Assembly: GCA_965220415.1 (NCBI GenBank)
Contig: OZ244829.1
Coordinates: 145,327-209,326 of the forward strand
Source of the DNA: Candidatus Poribacteria bacterium
GTDB taxonomy: Bacteria > Poribacteria > WGA-4E > JAJDTR01
Length of the DNA: 64,000 nt
Direction: 5' to 3'
In this document: piece after piece, positions 57,650-64,000 of the stretch
Numbering within the stretch: position 1 is the stretch's first letter
How the letters are laid out: every line of letters begins with the position of its first letter
Translations under genes and position numbers: made by a program
Notes under the pieces: model-generated
Database searches by the model: none
Told to the model about the DNA's origin: nothing
What the model saw: the letters and a program-made list of their open reading frames with translations, nothing else

Positions 57650-59413
57650 TTGGAAACCACTCCCGATATAGCATTAATAGAGATGATGCTTGATGGTCAA
57701 CTCATTTCTAAAACTGATCATCAACGGATTCTAGAGGATATTCGTTCGGCCGGCCTTTCCGCAGAAGAAGCGCTCTTAAACCATGTTGCGCCGGATACAG
57801 TTGCGTTCGCCAAAAAGGGAATGGAATGCGGCGTGTCATGTGTTCGTTTAGAGAACATCGAACCAGATCTTGAGACGACGCGGAAGATGCCTGCCGGATT
57901 CGCGTACAAAAACAGGATTGTTCCGATTCATTTTGATGGCAAGACGCTCACCGTGGCGATGGCAGATGTGCTAGATGTCATGCTGATTGACGAGATTCGC
58001 CTCGTGACCGAGTGTGAGATTGAGCCGGTGCTGGCCGGGGAAGATGATGTGGAAGCTGCCATCATCCGCATTTATGGGAAAACGGCGGGGGCCATACTTA
58101 GCGAGGGAATCAGAGGTCCTGTCGGCGCGGTTTCAACTCTTCAGCGTGAAACAATTGATGATTTCGGCATTGATGAGAAGGATCTCAGCCAAGATCCGAC
58201 CGTTGTACATGCAGTCGATCAGATGATAATTGATGCCGTGCGATTGAACGCGAGCGATATCCACATTGAGCCGTTTCCCGGTGAATTAAAGATTCGTTTT
58301 CGAATCGACGGTGTTCTGGAAGACCAGCCACAGCCTCCTCCACACCTACAATCGGCGATTACTTCGCGTGTCAAGATTATGGCTGGAATGAACGTTGCGG
58401 AGCGGCGTCGACCGCAGGATGGGAAAATTGGAGTCACGGTCGGAAGTGTGGGAAACCGACAGATAGATTTGCGTGTTTCGACGGTGCCAACGGTTGCCAC
58501 GTCGCAGGGGGAAAGCCTTGTCTTACGGATTTTAGACCGACAATCGATTTCATTCGGACTGGAAGAACTTGGGTTAGCCGCGGATAATCTGTCGCATTTT
58601 GAACGGTTAATTCGAAAGCCGCACGGCATCATTCTAGCGACGGGACCAACCGGTAGCGGCAAAACGACAACGCTGTACGCCTGTCTGAAGAAAATAAATA
58701 CGCCGGAAGTGAAGATTATCACTATCGAAGAACCGGTTGAATATGAACTTGAAGGTATCAATCAAATTCAGGTCAACCCGGATATTGACGTGACGTTTGC
58801 GGCGGGATTGAGACATATCCTACGACAAGATCCGGACAAGGTCTTAGTCGGCGAGATTCGCGACTATGAAACTGCCGAGATGGCAATTCATACATCATTG
58901 ACTGGCCATTTGGTCTTCAGCACACTGCACACAAATGACGCACCAGGCGCTATAACACGACTTATCGATATGCAGGTTGAACCGTATTTGGTGGCTTCGA
59001 CCATAGAGGGGGTAATAGCACAGCGCCTCGCTCGAAGAGTCTGCCAGAACTGTTGTGAGATGTATCATCCCGCAGAGCAGCAATTAAAGGAATTCTTCGG
59101 TGCTCACGCCCACGAGATTGATTCAAATCTTTTAATTCCACAAGCCGTAGGTTGCAGGGAGTGCCGAGAAAGGGGATATAGGGGGCGCATCGGCATATTT
59201 GAAGTTCTGGTCATGAGTGAGGAGCTTCGAACGATGACATTGCAACACACGTCAACGAGTCAACTTCGTCGTACTGCAATTAAAGATGGAATGAAAACCC
59301 TTCGCGAGGACGGGTGGAGAAAGGTTGTTGCCGGACATACCACCATAGATGAAATAATTCGGCTTACGCAGGAGGACGAATCTAGCGAATCCGGTGTTGG
59401 ACAAATTGTATAA
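57650..59413 (+). CDS. gspE: Type II secretion/type IV pilus assembly ATPase (GspE/PilB family)
   Basis: ASDIHIEP, GPTGSGKTTTLY, LRQDPD..VGEIRD, LHTNDA and the CxxC...CxxC zinc motif. Confidence 0.92.
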   Translation: METTPDIALIEMMLDGQLISKTDHQRILEDIRSAGLSAEEALLNHVAPDTVAFAKKGMECGVSCVRLENIEPDLETTRKMPAGFAYKNRIVPIHFDGKTLTVAMADVLDVMLIDEIRLVTECEIEPVLAGEDDVEAAIIRIYGKTAGAILSEGIRGPVGAVSTLQRETIDDFGIDEKDLSQDPTVVHAVDQMIIDAVRLNASDIHIEPFPGELKIRFRIDGVLEDQPQPPPHLQSAITSRVKIMAGMNVAERRRPQDGKIGVTVGSVGNRQIDLRVSTVPTVATSQGESLVLRILDRQSISFGLEELGLAADNLSHFERLIRKPHGIILATGPTGSGKTTTLYACLKKINTPEVKIITIEEPVEYELEGINQIQVNPDIDVTFAAGLRHILRQDPDKVLVGEIRDYETAEMAIHTSLTGHLVFSTLHTNDAPGAITRLIDMQVEPYLVASTIEGVIAQRLARRVCQNCCEMYHPAEQQLKEFFGAHAHEIDSNLLIPQAVGCRECRERGYRGRIGIFEVLVMSEELRTMTLQHTSTSQLRRTAIKDGMKTLREDGWRKVVAGHTTIDEIIRLTQEDESSESGVGQIV

Positions 59414-59565
59414 TATCCACAGCTATGCTTCTATGACTCTTCGTGTACTCGCAATCGCATGTGAACGTAGATTCAGGAACTGAAACACTCGCCGAGAAAT
59501 CATAGGTTTGTTGATTTCTTCAATAACCACGTTAAGCCTAAAACATTTAGGGACAAAACCTAACG

Positions 59566-60789
59566 ATGCCCAGATTTCGCTACGAAGCTCTTACAAACAC
59601 CGGCGGGACAGTCAAGAGCGTACAAGATGCGAGTTCCAGAGCGGAGCTTGTGTATCAACTAAAATCGATGGGCTATTGGCCTCTGAACATCGTCGAAGAC
59701 AGTATTGACGAGACAGAGGTTGAACGGTTTCGGATTCCCCTGTTTGCCTCTCGTGTGAAATCAAAGGATGTGGAATTTTTCACCTATCAGATGGCAACAC
59801 TGATCAATGCCCACATCACTCTTCCGCGCGCTTTGGCGGTTACGCTCGAACAGATTGAACATCCGGGATTTCGACAGATTGTCGACCAGATTAAATACGA
59901 CATTGAACACGGTTCTACATTTCATGACGCCCTAAGTCAACACCCGAAGGTTTTTCCGGAGTTGTATGTCAATATGGTTAGGGCCGGTGAGTCAGGGGCA
60001 GTGCTCGGTGTGGTACTAGAGCGGCTCGCAAAATTCTCGGAACGACAGCGGCTGCTTAAGGCTGAGGTAATCTCCGCTCTTTTGTATCCGGCAATTCTTT
60101 TCACCTTTAGTCTAGGCGTAATAGTTTTCATGGTGTCGGTTGTCATTCCGAGATTTGCCGATATGTTCGCTGATCTAGGTGTTGATTTACCCTTGCCAAC
60201 ACAATTTCTGATAGGTTCCGTTGATTTTGTAAAGAGCTATTGGTGGGGGCTGGCAATTGGGGGAACTGCCACTATTTTCGGGGTTCTACAATATTCCCGC
60301 ACCGAAGGCGGAAAACTTATTTTCGACATCGTGAAACTTAAGCTTCCGCTATTGAGAGGCGTTTTCAGCAACTTTGCGCTCGTGCGCTTCACGCGAACGA
60401 TGTCAACGTTACTTGAGAACGGCGTGCTGCTACTACCCGCGCTCCGAGTAGTCAAGGGCACGATTGGGAATATGGTCTATAGCAACGCGATTGCCCAGGC
60501 GGAAACGGAGATTGAGCAGGGATCGACTTTGGCGAGAGAACTGCAGGAAAGCGCTGTTTTTCCGCCGTTAGTCGTTCATATGGTCGGAATCGGAGACGAG
60601 TCGGGTAATCCGGAGCAAATGTTAGCTAAGCTTGCTGATTACTATGACTTGGAGGTACAACAAACTTTACAGCGGTTAACGAGCGCAATCGTACCGCTTG
60701 TGATTTTGATTATGGGAGTAATTGTCGGACTAATCGCGGTAGCAATAATACTTCCGGTGTTTAGGGCAAGTACATCGCTAGCCGGGTGA
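59566..60789 (+). CDS. gspF: Type II secretion inner-membrane platform protein (GspF/PilC family)
   Basis: LSQHPKVF, MVRAGESG.L, LYPAIL and MVGIGDESG motifs. Confidence 0.92.
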   Translation: MPRFRYEALTNTGGTVKSVQDASSRAELVYQLKSMGYWPLNIVEDSIDETEVERFRIPLFASRVKSKDVEFFTYQMATLINAHITLPRALAVTLEQIEHPGFRQIVDQIKYDIEHGSTFHDALSQHPKVFPELYVNMVRAGESGAVLGVVLERLAKFSERQRLLKAEVISALLYPAILFTFSLGVIVFMVSVVIPRFADMFADLGVDLPLPTQFLIGSVDFVKSYWWGLAIGGTATIFGVLQYSRTEGGKLIFDIVKLKLPLLRGVFSNFALVRFTRTMSTLLENGVLLLPALRVVKGTIGNMVYSNAIAQAETEIEQGSTLARELQESAVFPPLVVHMVGIGDESGNPEQMLAKLADYYDLEVQQTLQRLTSAIVPLVILIMGVIVGLIAVAIILPVFRASTSLAG

Positions 60790-60823
60790 AAATGGTCGAA
60801 AACGGTTCAATAAGGAGAGACAA

Positions 60824-61273
60824 ATGACGATGCAGATAAAAATGGGCGAATCGGGGATGACGCTCATTGAACTTACGATTGTGATGGTGATAATAGGGCT
60901 CTTGGCGGCGCTTGTTATTCCGCAGTTTCGCGGTGTTGTTGATGACGCGAAACTAAAAACTGCCCAGAGCGAGATTCAAGTGTTTGAAGGTGCACTACAA
61001 CGCTATTCAATTGATGTAGGGGATTATCCGACCTCGGAGCAGGGCTTACGTGCGCTATGGCAAGACTCCAGTCTCGTATCGGGAAGTTGGAGGGGACCGT
61101 ATGTATCAAAACCCAAGTTCCAGGACCCCTGGGGAAACGAATACATCTACCGGTATCCCGGTAATCATCAGGGATACGATTACGACTTATATTCCTTGGG
61201 CAAGGATGGCAAAGAGGGGGGCGACCCGCCTTTCAACGCTGATATCACAAATTGGATTGAGCTAGCCGAGTAA
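60824..61273 (+). CDS. gspG: Major pseudopilin
   Basis: G|MTLIEL N-methylation motif; YPTSEQGL.AL, WRGPY, DPWGNEYIY and SLGKDG motifs. Confidence 0.93.
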   Translation: MTMQIKMGESGMTLIELTIVMVIIGLLAALVIPQFRGVVDDAKLKTAQSEIQVFEGALQRYSIDVGDYPTSEQGLRALWQDSSLVSGSWRGPYVSKPKFQDPWGNEYIYRYPGNHQGYDYDLYSLGKDGKEGGDPPFNADITNWIELAE

Positions 61274-61308
61274 ATTAAAGATAATTTCGATTTTCTCTTT
61301 ATGCACTC

Positions 61309-61965
61309 ATGAACCCGACCAGACGCTTGAAGCATTTTAATTTGGAGACAGGATTCACTCTCATTGAAGTCATGCTAGTTCTCACGTTGATTGTGATACT
61401 GTCTTCGGCTACGATGCCATCTCTTCGAGGATTCGCCGGTTCTACCCGGTTAAAATCTTCCGCTTCAGCGATCCGAGACATGCTACACTTTGCGCGGGAC
61501 ATTGCAATCACGGAAGGAACTACCTACCTCGTTGTCTTCGATCTCGATCAAAACCGCTATTGGTTGGCTTCAAGTGAAACTTTCGTCGTGTCGGATCTTG
61601 CCGCGTCGCTAGGTGCAAACGGATCAAACGCTATCAATCAAACTGAGGTCCGATCGTCCGAATTGAGCCAGCCCGCCGTTTCGCGCACAAGTATGATTCT
61701 TGGTATTCCTCAGAAACCGAATCACAACATCAGCTTGTCACAAATGGTTATCAATCACAATTCCCAAACAAGGCATATTCATTCCGGCATTGATTATATC
61801 TATTTTTCGCCAACAGGTTCTTCCGAGGAATTAATTTTGTACATTCAGGACCAAGACGCAAATGTTGTATCTATCAGTGTCGAAGCAGCCAGCGCCCGTG
61901 TGCGTATTCAGGATGTCGGCGCCGAAGAAAGCGAGGCGTTAGGCGTGTTAAGCCCAAGCAATTAA
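61309..61965 (+). CDS. gspH: Minor pseudopilin (GspH/FimT-like)
   Basis: G|FTLIEVM motif; position in the operon. Confidence 0.8.
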   Translation: MNPTRRLKHFNLETGFTLIEVMLVLTLIVILSSATMPSLRGFAGSTRLKSSASAIRDMLHFARDIAITEGTTYLVVFDLDQNRYWLASSETFVVSDLAASLGANGSNAINQTEVRSSELSQPAVSRTSMILGIPQKPNHNISLSQMVINHNSQTRHIHSGIDYIYFSPTGSSEELILYIQDQDANVVSISVEAASARVRIQDVGAEESEALGVLSPSN

Positions 61966-61973
61966 GGCATGAA

Positions 61974-62444
61974 TTGAAGGGTATGCCCATGCAGTTGCGA
62001 TCTCCGACTAGAGTTTCATCAAAACCTCGCCAAAACACGGCGCGCGAAGATGGTTTCACGCTCGTGGAAATCTTGGTGACCTTAACTGTCTTGTCGATAG
62101 CCTTGCCGGTGCTGATGTATTCCTTTAGGAATGCCGCCCACGGGCAGGCTCTGTCGGAGAATCAGACTACGGCGGTGTACCTGCTTAAATTTCGCATGGC
62201 GGAAATTGAGTTGGGTGGTTACCCGGATATTGGAGAGAGCGATGGGGAGTTTGGAGAAAATTCGCGTTTTCGTTGGCACTCTAGCGTTCAAGACGTAACG
62301 TCAGATGAAATTCAGAATTTACGGCGCATTACCGTTACCATCACGTGGCAGGAACAAGGGAAAGAGAAGTCGATATCCATGAGTACCTATATGGCGGATC
62401 GGACAAATCAGGCACAGGGACAGAGCGGGGGGCCACAGGCTTAG
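61974..62444 (+). CDS. gspI: Minor pseudopilin (GspI-like)
   Basis: G|FTLVEIL motif; position in the operon. Confidence 0.8.
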   Translation: MKGMPMQLRSPTRVSSKPRQNTAREDGFTLVEILVTLTVLSIALPVLMYSFRNAAHGQALSENQTTAVYLLKFRMAEIELGGYPDIGESDGEFGENSRFRWHSSVQDVTSDEIQNLRRITVTITWQEQGKEKSISMSTYMADRTNQAQGQSGGPQA

Positions 62445-62454
62445 AGAAGAGAGA

Positions 62455-63369
62455 ATGAGCACACGGAAAACGGTAACAGGAAAGCTGGCTAACCCGCATA
62501 TCGGTGCAAGACTCAACACGGCGGAACGCGGGTTCACGCTTATAGAACTGTTGATAGGTGTAACCGTTCTAGTCATTGTGGGCGGGGTTGCCTACAAGGT
62601 GTTCGATGCTTCGGTAGATGTTTACCGCAATTCCGAAACTCGGATGGTTATGGCGCAAAAATGTCGGGTCGCATTGGATTTTCTGAGTAAGGATTTGAGT
62701 AATATCTATGCGGTGCAACAGGATGATTCACTCGTTCTCATTTCGCAGGATAATCGGGACGAATCAGGCGATAGAGACATCATTAGCTTTGTCACGCTTC
62801 TGCACACCGATCCGGATCCTTTCCTCGAGCAACTGAACCAGGGATTGGAAACTGGTCAGAGCGAGGAATCAGTGCCGATAAGTGATGTACAGCGTGTCGC
62901 TTACTATGTTGGTCCCGATTTGGCGCAATCAGAAGCCGAATCTGCGAGCCAGCGGACCGATTTGACCATCGGAGAGGGCAGTGATAATCTTGTTCTCTCG
63001 CGGGTTGCAACGAACTCTATTGACCCGGAGACGGTTGTCGCTTCTCTTTTCAATTCTGGAACAATTCCCACAGAGGACGAAAACGGGGACCCTATTCATG
63101 TCGAGATTGTCCAAATAATAGATCGCATTTCATCATTCGATCTCAAATACTCGGATGGCGAAGATTGGTACGAGTCGTGGGAAGACACCAATGCCATTCC
63201 AAAAGCTGTTCAGATTCTAATCGCGGTGCTGGCGGAGAACAATAGTCGGGTAGGTCAGAATCCGGGACATAACACGATGACTCAGTCGACAATGATTTAT
63301 CTACCTATGAGCGCCAATTTCGGAGGGCAAGGTGCCGGCGGACAGCCCGGAGGAACATCAAGCGGTTGA
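62455..63369 (+). CDS. gspJ: Minor pseudopilin (GspJ-like)
   Basis: G|FTLIELL motif; C-terminal WEDTNAIPKAV. Confidence 0.8.
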   Translation: MSTRKTVTGKLANPHIGARLNTAERGFTLIELLIGVTVLVIVGGVAYKVFDASVDVYRNSETRMVMAQKCRVALDFLSKDLSNIYAVQQDDSLVLISQDNRDESGDRDIISFVTLLHTDPDPFLEQLNQGLETGQSEESVPISDVQRVAYYVGPDLAQSEAESASQRTDLTIGEGSDNLVLSRVATNSIDPETVVASLFNSGTIPTEDENGDPIHVEIVQIIDRISSFDLKYSDGEDWYESWEDTNAIPKAVQILIAVLAENNSRVGQNPGHNTMTQSTMIYLPMSANFGGQGAGGQPGGTSSG

Positions 63370-63429
63370 AGCAATACCGCGGAAGACAGGTTACGTGCCA
63401 TGCTTTGCCTTTCCCGTCCCACTCCAAGC

Positions 63430-64000
63430 ATGTTAAGGAAGATGCGCCGTTCATCAAATGAACGCGGTCTTTCTCTCGTCGCCACGCTCTGGATTTTGAC
63501 GATTCTTTCCGTGTTGGCAACACAGTTGCTCCACTCCATTTATCTTGAACGTCGTGTTCAGGCCAACTTTACAGATCGAACGAAATACAACTTTGCCGCG
63601 AAGGCGGGATTCGAGCATACGATTGCGGTGCTTCGTGGGGATAGAACACCGTTTGATTCGCTTGGAGAAGACTGGGCGTCTACCGTGGAGGGTAGCATTG
63701 AAGATGGTATAACTGACGGGGCTTTGCTCACCTATCAGGTGAATATTATCGACGAAAGTTCGAAGATGAATGTCAATACTGTCGAGGTAGACACAATTCA
63801 GAGACTCTTGGATTCAATCGGTTATGAGAATGTTCAATCTCCCAATCAATCGCTTGCCGATTCAATCGTCGCTAGCCGCCCTTTCCGAACTGTGCGCGAC
63901 CTCGCGAAGGTCCCGGGGATGACCACAACGCTTCTCTACGGCAGGCAACAGCCAAGTGTTGGAGGTCTAACTATTGAGGAATCTGAAACACAGAATATTC
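63430..64000 (+). CDS. gspK: Minor pseudopilin GspK, truncated by the window edge (start 63430 or 63442)
   Basis: RG|LSLVATLWIL (lacks Glu5, as is typical of GspK); DSLGEDW, IIDESSKMNVN and RPFRTVRDL..VPGM motifs. Confidence 0.85.
   Translation, partial: MLRKMRRSSNERGLSLVATLWILTILSVLATQLLHSIYLERRVQANFTDRTKYNFAAKAGFEHTIAVLRGDRTPFDSLGEDWASTVEGSIEDGITDGALLTYQVNIIDESSKMNVNTVEVDTIQRLLDSIGYENVQSPNQSLADSIVASRPFRTVRDLAKVPGMTTTLLYGRQQPSVGGLTIEESETQNI

Noticed and set aside
1-64000. tRNA and rRNA genes; remaining short antisense or nested ORFs in the track
   Set aside because: No cloverleaf or T-loop (GTTCRANYC) context or rRNA signature was recognised by eye. The short ORFs overlap well-supported genes and lack motifs.

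Overview
A 64-kb chromosomal window, most likely from Candidatus Poribacteria. That assignment is an inference from the LamG protein's C-terminal AVEARGKLATTWGNIK motif and the gene content. Main blocks: (i) a catabolic cluster (deacetylase, divergent DeoC, SDR, sulfatase, Ldh-family dehydrogenase); (ii) decayed toxin-antitoxin-like remnants; (iii) a complete UBact/proteasome operon (arc-dop-ubact-prcB-prcA-pafA) flanked by ackA and an Nma111-like protease; (iv) glpK with a two-component system; (v) an envelope operon (TPR lipoprotein, lipoprotein, zinc-peptidase/beta-propeller/Omp85 fusion, UPF0182), followed by a small gene the ORF track missed, then pheA; (vi) housekeeping genes (yggS, proC, yggT, lspA, def, fmt, PASTA protein, rpe, aminotransferase); (vii) the start of a type II secretion operon (gspE-K). 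The strongest find is the missed gene at 44322-44603. It is a DUF5069-like ORF with an in-frame TGA at the family's conserved Cys, followed by a SECIS-like hairpin, and is therefore a probable selenoprotein. Intergenic DNA is full of MITE/REP-like elements. It also carries a 36-nt module (ATCAA-NN-GA-NN-GRATA-NN-GA-NN-GCGATAGAGATCCC) inserted into REP hairpins, which is either a new insertion phenomenon or an adapter-derived assembly artefact. I recognised no tRNA, rRNA or CRISPR array. All family assignments come from reading motifs by eye; no database searches were run.
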